Counted from the stretch's first letter, positions 19,248-28,339 are shown. The stretch is 45,853 nt of DNA from a virus (IMGVR_UViG_3300033407_000030:1-45853), one strand, 5' to 3'. The notes: generated by a model not told the origin, from the letters alone. Translations and numbers: made by a program.

Positions 19248-19597
19248 AGATCTGATAGCTCGTTTTCGAGCTCTTCTGCAGAGATGGGCTTACTAAGCAG
19301 CTTCTTAGCTTCCGCCTCCTCTTTCTTCTTGTTTGCTCGCTTCTGGGCTGGAGTCTGCATAGCTTCCACACGGGCGGATGCGTGGAAGCCCTTGACTATC
19401 TGTACTAACTTGCCTATATCCTCCGGCAGCAGGTACTGGCAAATAGCCCCATTCTCTTTAATGGAAGCTTTCAGCTTATCAGCCTCGGCCTTCAAGTCTA
19501 CTCCTTCCTGCTCCTTAGCAAGCTGGTAGACATAATTAATGCGCTCCTGCAAGTCCTCTACAGTAATGCCCATCATAATACCGGCAGGTTCAGTCAT
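19244..19597 (-). CDS. Hypothetical helical protein
   Basis: RBS GGAGG. Overlaps neighbours. Acidic C-terminus ELENELSDL. Confidence 0.7.
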   Translation of the reverse strand: MTEPAGIMMGITVEDLQERINYVYQLAKEQEGVDLKAEADKLKASIKENGAICQYLLPEDIGKLVQIVKGFHASARVEAMQTPAQKRANKKKEEAEAKKLLSKPISAEELENELSDL

Positions 19598-19787
19598 TGC
19601 TCTCCCTCCATATTTTAGTCAATTCCGGAAAGCGTGGCAGCGCTTCAAACAGTGATTGCCTTACGCCAGCCTCACTTGCAGTCTCAGGCCCAATAGGATT
19701 CTGTGCCATATGCTTAATCCAGAGCGCCTCTTCTACAGTGAGCTCCAGAGTAACGGTAACCTGTTTTTCAAGTGCGCACTTAGCCAT
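19590..19787 (-). CDS. Hypothetical protein
   Basis: Likely start ATG 19787 (MAKCALEK), TAATG overlap, RBS GGAGGT. Confidence 0.6.
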   Translation of the reverse strand: MAKCALEKQVTVTLELTVEEALWIKHMAQNPIGPETASEAGVRQSLFEALPRFPELTKIWRESND

Positions 19788-20143
19788 TACAATACACCTC
19801 CACTTAATTGATCTATTAAATCTAGGAACTTGGCATCTGCTGGCTCGCCTGAGTACATTACCCAGTCTGTACAAGCCCTATCTCTTTCTATTGCAGGGAT
19901 GTTACCTTTACAGGAAGGGCATCCTTCTCGGATGCGCCCTCCTAGAGTCTTGCCAAAGCTAGTTCTGCAATGGCCGCACCAGTCTAGGTGCATCTGATTA
20001 CTGTGGAAGGTAGCTTTAGGAGCCCACTTGGTCTGCACCTTATAGCCAAGCCACTCTAGTAACCACCACTTTTCATAATAGGGTATATCCCACAATGCGA
20101 TGGTTACCAAAGTTACCTTCTCACTTTCATTCAACACGGGCAT
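19787..20143 (-). CDS. Hypothetical protein with zinc-ribbon motif
   Basis: CGHC and CPSC motifs. Overlaps the helicase stop. Confidence 0.6.
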   Translation of the reverse strand: MPVLNESEKVTLVTIALWDIPYYEKWWLLEWLGYKVQTKWAPKATFHSNQMHLDWCGHCRTSFGKTLGGRIREGCPSCKGNIPAIERDRACTDWVMYSGEPADAKFLDLIDQLSGGVL

Positions 20144-22668
20144 ACTTTGGCTTCCGCAATATCAGTGCAGTCCTTAGTAAACCATGCAAGCTTTTCTTCC
20201 AAAGTGTTACCTGGAATGCGTTGCGTAGAGATGGCCTTCTCAACAGAGTACGTATTAGCAAGAATAGTACACGTATTCTTAGCACGAGTAAGGCAGGTAT
20301 AGAACCACTCTCGGCTAAGCAAAGTATGATGGCGCTTATGCATTACCATATACACATTCCGCCACTCAGAACCCTGCGCTTTGTGGCCAGTAAGACAATA
20401 GCCTAGGCTAAAGCTGTCGCCATTAAGATCACCCTTAGTAGCCAGGTTGACCTGTATCCCAGTCTCTAGCATGACTGTAACTACATGGCTAGCCGCTCGC
20501 GCACCCGCTTCTTCCTCGTCCATATTAGCTAAGGCTTCCAAAGAGAAGTTAGCATAATCATCTAGATCCATCTCAGTATGCGCAGATCCTGCGCCTATGA
20601 TCCGACTACCAAACCTAGTAAGGTCAGTACCAGACGGTTGAGGCTGGCTACCCATATACTTTACATTAGGTTTGATATCAATGATCAAGCCATCCTGCTT
20701 GTCTACCATTACTTTATCGCCTACTGCGAGGTAATGTTTCTCATACCCTGCTAATATTTCATGCACTTCAGCTTTCCTTGCGTCTCCGATAAACTGAGCA
20801 ATCCCCTTGTTAAGGTAGGTAGTACCTAGTTCTCCTTTGTTAAAGGGGCTCAGTATTATGTCCTGCTCAGGATCGTAGATGCCCTTCGTAAACAAGTGCT
20901 TGAATAGGTTCTCATAGAGGATGTTGAGCTTACTTTCGCCATAGCTCATTTCACGGCCAGCCTTAGGCTTATGCGCATTGCATATGGTAGGCTTCCCATT
21001 CCCCCCTTCCCAAGGCAAGTAGAGCTGCAATGCTCCTTTCTCTCCTTCGTCTTCCCACTTAGGCATCCTACCTGCTAGGACTTCATGGGCGCCACGCAAG
21101 ACTGGCCCCATACCTTGACGGTAAACTTCAGTGAGCTCGACAACTGGCAACTTGCACATAGCGTAGATAAGTACGCTAAGCCCAAACACAGGAGGAAGCT
21201 GGCAGATATCGCCTAGGAATATAACCTTCGTAGTAGAGGGCAATGCTGCGTAGATGTTAGCCCACAGAGTATTGATATCCACCATGGAGGCTTCTTCCAC
21301 AATAAGATAATCGACATCTATAAGGTTATGCGGTCCCTTCAAAGGAGAGAAGCGCATCTTATTAACAATGTCCCCCTCAGCATTAATGTCTTCATAGTAT
21401 TCTGGAGCGTACTCAGCCGCGTTATGCAATGACTGGAAGCACCACTCAGCTTCTTTAAGCTCCGGCATAGACTGAATGCAGGAGTTCTTAATATTGGTAA
21501 CCGCGCGCTTCGTAAAGCTGGCAACTACAATACGCGGCTGGTTAGTAATACGATCCTGCGTCCCATTGCCATTCTGCTTCTTGAAGTCAGCAGTGCGCGG
21601 TATAGCGTAGCCCCCTTCAGATTGAGGAGCCAGCAGCCACTGCATAACCTCGCGAACGCTAGTAGTCTTACCAGTACCAGCTGGCCCTATCAGTACCATA
21701 GAGCCCTGCTTGGCCAATTCTACGGCCTCCTTCTGCTTCTCGTTAAGAATAACGATCTGCCTGTTAGCAGCAAGGTTCGTCTCTAAGGCCCGTACTTGAG
21801 GAGCCCCTTTAATGCCCAAAGTAGGCTGAAGCTCTACTTTACCTTCGATAGGTGCAATAGCTTCCGGGGCTGGCTTATTGCGCAATGCCATCTTTTCTTT
21901 GAAGGACAAAGGCTTAGATGGTGCAGGCACTGCAACAGGCGCTGCCTCCTCCTTAGGTGCTGACATACTAGGCGTAGCATTAGTCTGTACCTGCACCATC
22001 TGCTTGCGAAGAGCTACTTTTTCTGCAAAGCTAAGCGGCGTGCTTGGCGCATGCAGCGGGAGCGTAGCGTTATCTTCCGATGATACTTTATGTACGCCTG
22101 CTTCGCTAGTATGCTGTCCCTGCCCCATAAGGTGTTTGGAAAAGTCGATACCAGAGTTAGTCTCTTGCTTGCGCGCGGCATCCGATGGTGCGTTAGTAGC
22201 TTCCAGCTTACTGTTCTGTGCAATTGTAGTCTCCTCCTTGTCTTGTTGAACATTTGCCGGTGGGATACCCTGAACTGCCGCATCCTTAATGTGAATCGGT
22301 GCATTGGTTGACTCCTCTTTCTGTTTACGAAGTGCTATCTTTTCTGCCAATGTAAGCTTACCCGGCGCTATAGGAGTAGTATCAGCCTTAATAGCAGACT
22401 CTAAAGTCTCCACTGCTACTCTATAAGTCTCAGCAACCCTTTTCTCTTCCTCTCTAGCCTGCTGCTTAGCTTTAATCTTAGCTAGCGGGCTTAGGTGAGA
22501 AGCAGTAGCCTCAAGCCCTTTTACTAAACTAGCAGTATCCTCAGCGCTGGCTTCTGTATCTAAGCTAGGCTCAGTCTGGGCCAAGGACTCCGAAGCTTCC
22601 ACAGCCTGCCTAGATTGTGCAGCAAGCTGCTTCATGCGCTCCCTGTTCTTAATATCAATAAAGCTCAT
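20131..22668 (-). CDS. RecD/Dda-like superfamily 1B helicase with a ~300-aa low-complexity N-terminal extension
   Basis: LNEKQ, GPAGTGKTT, IVEEASMV, FLGDICQLPPV, LTEVYRQ, LGYCLTGHKAQGSEW, YTCLTRAK. Confidence 0.92.
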   Translation of the reverse strand: MSFIDIKNRERMKQLAAQSRQAVEASESLAQTEPSLDTEASAEDTASLVKGLEATASHLSPLAKIKAKQQAREEEKRVAETYRVAVETLESAIKADTTPIAPGKLTLAEKIALRKQKEESTNAPIHIKDAAVQGIPPANVQQDKEETTIAQNSKLEATNAPSDAARKQETNSGIDFSKHLMGQGQHTSEAGVHKVSSEDNATLPLHAPSTPLSFAEKVALRKQMVQVQTNATPSMSAPKEEAAPVAVPAPSKPLSFKEKMALRNKPAPEAIAPIEGKVELQPTLGIKGAPQVRALETNLAANRQIVILNEKQKEAVELAKQGSMVLIGPAGTGKTTSVREVMQWLLAPQSEGGYAIPRTADFKKQNGNGTQDRITNQPRIVVASFTKRAVTNIKNSCIQSMPELKEAEWCFQSLHNAAEYAPEYYEDINAEGDIVNKMRFSPLKGPHNLIDVDYLIVEEASMVDINTLWANIYAALPSTTKVIFLGDICQLPPVFGLSVLIYAMCKLPVVELTEVYRQGMGPVLRGAHEVLAGRMPKWEDEGEKGALQLYLPWEGGNGKPTICNAHKPKAGREMSYGESKLNILYENLFKHLFTKGIYDPEQDIILSPFNKGELGTTYLNKGIAQFIGDARKAEVHEILAGYEKHYLAVGDKVMVDKQDGLIIDIKPNVKYMGSQPQPSGTDLTRFGSRIIGAGSAHTEMDLDDYANFSLEALANMDEEEAGARAASHVVTVMLETGIQVNLATKGDLNGDSFSLGYCLTGHKAQGSEWRNVYMVMHKRHHTLLSREWFYTCLTRAKNTCTILANTYSVEKAISTQRIPGNTLEEKLAWFTKDCTDIAEAKVCPC

Positions 22669-22678
22669 TACTAACTCC

Positions 22679-22957
22679 TTATTTCAATACTTCGATAGTA
22701 TTGGCTATAGCCACATATTCATCTAAGTGGTGCTGGAAGCTACACTTGATAACCAGAAAGCCTTCGTGCTCTAACAGAAACCTAAGAAGGCTATCAGTCC
22801 TAACCAAAGTGTACGCTACCCCATTATGCACCAACCTGCCTTTTGCATAGTTGTCTGCTGTAATAGTAGCATGGCTTATAAAAGCCTTTGTAATGTAGGG
22901 TAAGAGCTTACGGGTAGCAGGGTCATAGGGGGAGTATGAATATTTTTTAGTTCGCAT
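22679..22957 (-). CDS. Hypothetical protein
   Basis: RBS AAGGAG. Packed between neighbours. Confidence 0.6.
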   Translation of the reverse strand: MRTKKYSYSPYDPATRKLLPYITKAFISHATITADNYAKGRLVHNGVAYTLVRTDSLLRFLLEHEGFLVIKCSFQHHLDEYVAIANTIEVLK

Positions 22958-24062
22958 TATTAATCTCCTTTGCGCCTTTAAAACTAGCTAGCCTTTCACG
23001 CAAGCTCATCGGCTTGGCTAAGCCTTCAGTCTTAATAGCGGACCCTAGGTCTTCTAGAATGGTAACACTGCTCTTGACTGATTGCATATTAATGATCAGC
23101 AATTCTACTATTCTAGTCAAGTTACATAGCTCAGTGGCGTATTCATGCTCGCGAAGCTTAGCTAGAAGAAGCTCTAGCTTGCCGCAAGCCATAGTGTCCA
23201 AGGTCTTAGCTATGGTAATTAGAGTGGTATTAGTATGGGCGGGGACTATATGCTGCACCTTCTTTGCCCTTTCCCTTGCAAAGGTAGCGCAAAGCCTAGC
23301 TGCTATCTTGTCGCTTGCTACTTCATTGGCAGCAATATGCAATTCTACGACACAGCCATCTATAGTTTCATTGTAGAATAGGTCAGCAGCAGCATAATTA
23401 GAGCCTGTTACGGTTATGGCGCGTTCTTTCTTCTTAGCACGCAAGGCTTCTGCCTTAAAATACTGGTCATTGGCCAGCTGCTCTTTGACCAATTCCCTTT
23501 GCGCTAGAGCCGCCTTCATATCCTCCTTTGCAGCATAAGCGTAAGGGGACACGTATTGCGTATTAGGAGTAGCGTGTACCAGCCCTTTAATATACTTCTC
23601 TAGGCTGTCCACTTCTAGGCATTCCTGCAACAGCGTTTCAGTAGCACTGCCTAGCCATAGTCTGGCATCATGTGCAGACTCGAAAGGCACGCTAAAGCCT
23701 ATCTTGGCCATACCAATTTTCTTATTAACTTTAGCTAACGGCACGACATAGGAAGATAGGGCCTTAGTACAATGAAGCAGCGCACCTTTACCAGCTTTGC
23801 TAAGCTCATTGTTAATATAGGCTGCATCCTCTTTAGTGCGAAGCGCCCCAACATAACGCAAGATTGTAATATACATACCAGCGAGCACAGTAGGCTCTAG
23901 CCGGCGCATATACTTCAACCCTTCGTCTACCACTTCGATAACGCTATCAATATGCGATAGCGGATGGGTATAGTGCAGGCACGCGTTTCTGCCTTCTACT
24001 ACTGGCAAGTCTATGGAGCCTACTATACCAGTGTAACGACAGGATATGCTTAATCTGTCCAT
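22947..24062 (-). CDS. Hypothetical protein (371 aa)
   Basis: First gene after a sigma70-like promoter. No family recognised. Confidence 0.7.
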   Translation of the reverse strand: MDRLSISCRYTGIVGSIDLPVVEGRNACLHYTHPLSHIDSVIEVVDEGLKYMRRLEPTVLAGMYITILRYVGALRTKEDAAYINNELSKAGKGALLHCTKALSSYVVPLAKVNKKIGMAKIGFSVPFESAHDARLWLGSATETLLQECLEVDSLEKYIKGLVHATPNTQYVSPYAYAAKEDMKAALAQRELVKEQLANDQYFKAEALRAKKKERAITVTGSNYAAADLFYNETIDGCVVELHIAANEVASDKIAARLCATFARERAKKVQHIVPAHTNTTLITIAKTLDTMACGKLELLLAKLREHEYATELCNLTRIVELLIINMQSVKSSVTILEDLGSAIKTEGLAKPMSLRERLASFKGAKEINNAN

Positions 24063-24144
24063 TCTAGTTTACCTATATAAGTTATATAAGGTTAGCTTAG
24101 CGGGCTAACCGAGGGGCTTCCGAGATTATACAATCTCATCGGAT

Positions 24145-24173
24145 ATTATGCGGCAAAAACGAAAAAATTTCAA
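24145..24173 (-). promoter_or_regulatory. Sigma70-like promoter for the replication arm
   Basis: Minus strand TTGAAA-17 nt-CATAAT with an AT-rich upstream region. Confidence 0.7.
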
Positions 24174-24220
24174 CAAAAATTTCATTTTGGGGGAAGCTGC
24201 GTAGGCTAACAAGCAGGCGT

Positions 24221-24253
24221 AAAAAAACCCCGCTAGCTGTGAACTAGCGAGGC
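24221..24253 (-). terminator. Rho-independent terminator
   Basis: Minus strand GCCTCGCTAGTTCACAGCTAGCGGGG followed by T7. Confidence 0.85.
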
Positions 24254-24286
24254 TGTAGGTAATATGACCGGAGACTAGACTAGGCT

Positions 24287-24922
24287 TTACAGGTCGTCGA
24301 AGGCGTCTTCGTCTTCCTCTTCGTCCATGCAGATGGACAGCATCTTGTCGTAGTACGTAATGGCCGGATCAGGCTGGTCCGCATTGCCAGACTCGGTGAG
24401 CCATTCCGCAAAGCCTTCAAAGTAGGCAGACAGCTTGCTGCGTACTTCGACCGGCTGCATAGCCAGGCCCTTCGGGTTGGCAAAACAGTCAGTGATCAGT
24501 GCGCTGGTGCGGGCCGCCTTGCCAAGAGTACCAACATACTCTTTGAACAGCTTCTTAATCTCACTGATAGCCTTCAGCGCTTCTCCGTTACCACCACCAA
24601 TAGAAGGCTCAGCCAGCGCTGCAAAGGTAGTAGCGATAGAAAGACCGGGCCGGCAGTTGACAGTCTTCGGCATCAATTTGTTGCGGGCGGAAGCAGCAGC
24701 GGCAGCGCGTACTGCATTGACCAGCCAATTGGCCTCATTGGTAGTATACAAAGGCAAGCCTTCGTCGGTGACCAGCGCAGTGCCGGCAGCGTCCTGGGCG
24801 TTGGTAGCGGATGCAATGACGGCTGCCAGCTCATCCAGACCGGGAACGTAAACCTGCACCGCACCGACTTCAACGCGCTTTGTATCTACAGTTTTGGAAA
24901 TGGGGAGGTTGATGATGCTCAT
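24287..24922 (-). CDS. Hypothetical protein with acidic tail, paralogue of 28522..29136
   Basis: Alignable over its full length to the + strand ORF (ARN.L, RPG.SI..T, GGNGEAL, LGKA, CF..PK, FDDL). Has its own promoter and terminator. Confidence 0.8.
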   Translation of the reverse strand: MSIINLPISKTVDTKRVEVGAVQVYVPGLDELAAVIASATNAQDAAGTALVTDEGLPLYTTNEANWLVNAVRAAAAASARNKLMPKTVNCRPGLSIATTFAALAEPSIGGGNGEALKAISEIKKLFKEYVGTLGKAARTSALITDCFANPKGLAMQPVEVRSKLSAYFEGFAEWLTESGNADQPDPAITYYDKMLSICMDEEEDEDAFDDL

Positions 24923-24962
24923 TTTGCTTTACCTTTTGGGTTGATTGTTCGGGAACAAGACC

Positions 24963-24991
24963 ATTATTGCGCATATCCGCATTTTACACAA
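24963..24991 (-). promoter_or_regulatory. Sigma70-like promoter
   Basis: Minus strand TTGTGT-17 nt-AATAAT, about 40 nt upstream of the 24922 start. Confidence 0.5.
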
Positions 24992-25050
24992 CCGCGTTCT
25001 TTGACATAGGCTATTAGTCTAACATAGGCTACCAAACTAATAATAGTCTA

Positions 25051-25186
25051 GAGTACGCTAGGCGTAATTTACAATGGGCCCCATGCTAAAGGGTCAGCGA
25101 GCTTCAAGCCCCCGGTTCCTACGGAAGCCGATGGCTCTGCGCTGGACGCTACCCTTTGCATCCCATAGTAAATTAGCCACTCCCTA
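25051..25186 (-). repeat. Dispersed structured element, copy E3
   Basis: Minus strand TAGGGAGTGGCTAATTTACTATGGG...TAGCGT...CGGCTTCCGTAGGAACCG...GGGGCCCATTGTAAATTACGCCTAGCGTAC. Confidence 0.85.
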
Positions 25187-25463
25187 TATGCTTTGTTAGT
25201 ACAGTCACCTGCATATCGCAAGGGTCAAGAGCCAATAAATCTACTGCCTGTTCAACAAGAGAAAAAGGATAGCGATAGCCGTAAACCCTTAGCTCTATAC
25301 ACTTATCTCCTACTTGGCATCTATAGTATATCGTATGTTTGTAGCTCTCGGTGAAGTGCATATCGGGGTTCAGTGCACTTAATTCATCTTTCGTCATTCT
25401 AGCTGTCCTCGGCTTCCACGCTAACTTGCTACGCGCAGCTAATAAACTATGGGGAGTGGCCAC
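25173..25463 (-). CDS. Hypothetical protein between elements E3 and E4
   Basis: ORF in the direction of its neighbours. True start is uncertain (possibly MTKDEL). Confidence 0.5.
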   Translation of the reverse strand: MATPHSLLAARSKLAWKPRTARMTKDELSALNPDMHFTESYKHTIYYRCQVGDKCIELRVYGYRYPFSLVEQAVDLLALDPCDMQVTVLTKHIGSG

Positions 25464-25585
25464 TTTACTTAGGGATGGCCTGAGATAGCGTTAAGCGCGT
25501 AGCCGGCTTCCATTTTAATGGAACCGGCCGCAAGCGTCGCTCATCTAGGCCATGGGCCCCTAAGTACAAGTGCGCCTAGCGTACC
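25450..25585 (+). repeat. Dispersed structured element, copy E4
   Basis: TGGGGAGTGGCCACTTTACTTAGGG...TAGCGT...CCGGCTTCCATTTTAATGGAACCGG...TGGGCCCCTAAGTACAAGTGCGCCTAGCGTAC. Confidence 0.85.
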
Positions 25586-25606
25586 TACCATATACCGTGT
25601 GCAGGG

Positions 25607-26404
25607 TTATAGATCATCAAGATCCTCTAAGCTGATACTCATTAATTCTTTTGTAGCAGCCGCAAAGGGGTCAGGATATAGAAAATCATATGCACTGCCG
25701 AAAGTGCCCAGCACGTCTGCTACCGCATCTATAAGTATCAACAGACTGCTAATATACATTGACACAGCAAGTGCTACTTCAGCCCCTTTAATGGAAGGTA
25801 CGTTCTGTAACTCTTCTACCATCTTGTTTAGTGCCGCGGCTCTGATATGCTCCTCGCTTTGATAATCTTCTATATCACTTATCCTTATGTAGTGCTCCAG
25901 CAGTGTATCCGCGCAAGCCTTAGGGCTAAGATTGTTGCGTAGTATGCCTTCAATGACTTTCATATTTGCGTGCGTATGACTATTGTTTCGCGCCTTCCGC
26001 ACTTTAACAACCTTAGCCCTTGTCATGGTACCGCAGATGCTTCTCAAAGCTTCCCTGTCGGTTATTAAACCATCCTTATCTGCATAGCGATCATACGCTT
26101 GAAACAAGGAGACAAGCTGATCCATTTCCTTAGGCAAGCCTTGCAAATACTGCGTATATCCTGTGAGCTTCCTTGTTACCGTCATCTTAGCGTTAAACGC
26201 ACTCTTTATGCGCGTGGCTTGCCTTATAGCTGCGCCATATCCCCCTTCATCTTCACAGTCAAGGGCTAGCTTGTCTTGCGCCGGCCTTCCACGTTTTCCC
26301 TTAGTGGCCTTAGGCTGCGCGACTTCCATTTCCGCCTCAAAAGCTTCCAACGCATCCAGACTGCTCTGCACCATGTCGTCTATGTTGTTGCTTACATCAT
26401 TCAT
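25607..26404 (-). CDS. Hypothetical protein (265 aa)
   Basis: RBS GAGGAG. Contains KRGRP (AT-hook-like). Acidic end SLEDLDDL. Confidence 0.7.
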   Translation of the reverse strand: MNDVSNNIDDMVQSSLDALEAFEAEMEVAQPKATKGKRGRPAQDKLALDCEDEGGYGAAIRQATRIKSAFNAKMTVTRKLTGYTQYLQGLPKEMDQLVSLFQAYDRYADKDGLITDREALRSICGTMTRAKVVKVRKARNNSHTHANMKVIEGILRNNLSPKACADTLLEHYIRISDIEDYQSEEHIRAAALNKMVEELQNVPSIKGAEVALAVSMYISSLLILIDAVADVLGTFGSAYDFLYPDPFAAATKELMSISLEDLDDL

Positions 26405-26408
26405 AGCT

Positions 26409-27005
26409 TTACTCCTCGCTAGTCTTGCTAGCCGTAGTGGTCTTAGACGCCTTGCCAGCTGGCGTTATCTGAGGGTGATTAGGATTAATGTAGTCTGCCA
26501 TGCCTTCTTCTGCGTTCTTAGGATGTTTGCGTATATAATCCTGCTTCTCCTGTGCCCAATGACTAGGCCGTGGAACCTGTAGCTGTGGAAGGACTTCGTC
26601 CTGCTTGGCTGCCTGCTTGGCTGCCTGCTTCTTAGCTTCCATTTTAGCTAACAAGGTTTCCAATATCTTTCTATCATAGCTATCCAGCTTAGCCACATCA
26701 TCCCTAGCAAACCCTACCATGTTACTTTTCTTTAGTAAGTCCTCTAGGCTGGTTTCCGCACTAGCGCCCTCGCTATTCTTCTTGCCCCCTTTGCTTTTGA
26801 TATCGTCATTGATTATATACAGCACCGCACTCATTGTGTCGCCGGCCAGTGAGTCCACTACCCCGTCCATGGCTTCCGCAGCTTCCATTGGTGTTGTAGC
26901 TTTCCTTCCCTGCTTTAACCTCCCTTGAGCTCGCATTGCACAAGCCATGTTAGATTTAATAAGGCACTTTATCTTATGTTTGGTGCTGTAGCTAAAATCA
27001 AGCAT
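26409..27005 (-). CDS. Hypothetical basic protein
   Basis: Likely start ATG 27005 behind GAGGG (track start 27059). Contains a KQAA tandem repeat. Confidence 0.65.
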   Translation of the reverse strand: MLDFSYSTKHKIKCLIKSNMACAMRAQGRLKQGRKATTPMEAAEAMDGVVDSLAGDTMSAVLYIINDDIKSKGGKKNSEGASAETSLEDLLKKSNMVGFARDDVAKLDSYDRKILETLLAKMEAKKQAAKQAAKQDEVLPQLQVPRPSHWAQEKQDYIRKHPKNAEEGMADYINPNHPQITPAGKASKTTTASKTSEE

Positions 27006-27059
27006 GTTAGTATACCCTCGCTTTGTTAAACTATGAAAAAATATGACTTCATTTAACAT

Positions 27060-27650
27060 TTTACTTCACTTCAAGTTTTACTTCACTTTGGATTTTTACT
27101 TACCTTTCTTCCTTACTTGATCTTCTTGATTGACTTGACTATGACTTAACTAATGTTTTCGCTGGTGCCCCGTCCCTCCTCCCCCTGAATGTGGTGTTAC
27201 CCATCCCTGTAGTCTGCCCTCCTCCTAGTAGTCTAGTACCCTACTGCTCTAGTACCCTCCCTCTGCCCTACTACCCTATGTGCAGCATACTACCCTCCTC
27301 ATCTGCATAAGGCTCTTGGTGGTATTATCATGGGGGGTTCAGTTTTTTATAATTATAAATATTAATATATTTACTATACCCCCCTATACCCTACTATATA
27401 CCCGGTAGGGGGCTATGCTAGGAGGGGGCTACCCCTAAGGGGGAGGGTAGTAGAAGGGGGAGTGTACTACAGGGCTATGCTAGTGTGGGGGACTGGGGAT
27501 ATCCATATTTGGGGGGAGGGGGGAGCCCCCCGTTCGAAAAACATTAGTCATGTAATAGTCAAGTAAACTTTAGTCAACAAGTAAATTAATGTCATGTAAT
27601 AGTGAAGTGATTTTTCAAGTGAAGTGAAGTCAATTTTCAAGTTAAGTCAT
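27060..27650. repeat. Large imperfect inverted repeat with AT-rich centre, candidate replication origin or control region
   Basis: ACTTGACTAT 27133 pairs with ATAGTCAAGT 27555, ACTAATGTTTTCG 27149 with CGAAAAACATTAGT 27535, and CCCTGTAGT 27205 with ACTACAGGG 27466. ACTTCACTT repeats mirror AAGTGAAGT repeats. AT-rich core at 27343-27378. Confidence 0.7.
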
Positions 27651-27681
27651 CCTCTTTCCTTATACTAACTTGCCCTGCGCA

Positions 27682-27893
27682 CTCTGTCCTGCTCTGTCCT
27701 GTTCTGTGCTCTGTCCTGCGCGCGTTCGCTGCGTCCTGCGCGCGTATGTTCTGTGCTCTGTGGTAGCTGCTATCTTGGGTGCATCCCGCTACGCTAGCAC
27801 CGCCTGGCAGACTAGGAACCTACCTACCTACTAGCACCGCCCTGGCGATCGCCTTGGCGCGTCCCTGCCTGCTTGCCTTGCCTTGGCCTTGCC
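27682..27893 (+). repeat. Low-complexity short tandem repeats
   Basis: CTCTGTCCTG/TTCTGTGCT units, GTCCTGCGCGCGT twice, CTAGCACCGCC twice, GCCTT units. Confidence 0.7.
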
Positions 27894-27929
27894 TACTACC
27901 AGTACCTCTAAACTAATTTCACTACCCCC

Positions 27930-27957
27930 TTGCACTTCCTGCCAGTTGTGCTATACT
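27930..27957 (+). promoter_or_regulatory. Sigma70-like early promoter with extended -10
   Basis: TTGCAC-16 nt-TATACT with TG at the extended -10 position, followed by RBS AAGGAG and ATG 27987. Confidence 0.75.
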
Positions 27958-27986
27958 TAAGGGGTAATCAATAAGGAGATACAGAC

Positions 27987-28325
27987 ATGACTACCTACTA
28001 CCTGAATAGCAAGACCGAAGGCCTGCCCGATGCGCCAGCCCTGCCTACTAGGTTGGATGATGCAGATCGCGAGTTGGCTATCATGCTAGGCACACAGCAT
28101 GGGGGTATGATGCACAGCTTCACCCCACTGACCGAGTGCATCCATATAGTGGACAGGGCGCTTGCCGCCTGCGACCGCTGGTTCCCCGAGGAGGTACGCC
28201 CGCTAGCCTACCAAGCAATGTTCAACGCCATGAAGGATAACCTTGAAGCGCGCGGCTTGCGCTTTTGGCTGGACAACCCTACTACTGGCAGGCTGCAACC
28301 GATCCAGTTCACACTTGACCGCTAA
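27987..28325 (+). CDS. Hypothetical early protein
   Basis: Strong RBS TAAGGAG and an upstream promoter. Confidence 0.75.
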   Translation: MTTYYLNSKTEGLPDAPALPTRLDDADRELAIMLGTQHGGMMHSFTPLTECIHIVDRALAACDRWFPEEVRPLAYQAMFNAMKDNLEARGLRFWLDNPTTGRLQPIQFTLDR

Positions 28326-28339
28326 GGGGAGGCGCAGAG

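Noticed and set aside
24090-24143. Hairpins containing GGCTTCC near the 24145 promoter, and a similar partial motif at 29426-29444
   Set aside because: They lack the GGAGTGGC and CCTAGCGTAC ends and stem A, so they are not counted as element copies.
26600-26630. 12-nt tandem repeat encoding KQAAKQAAKQ
   Set aside because: An ordinary in-frame slippage repeat in a low-complexity linker.
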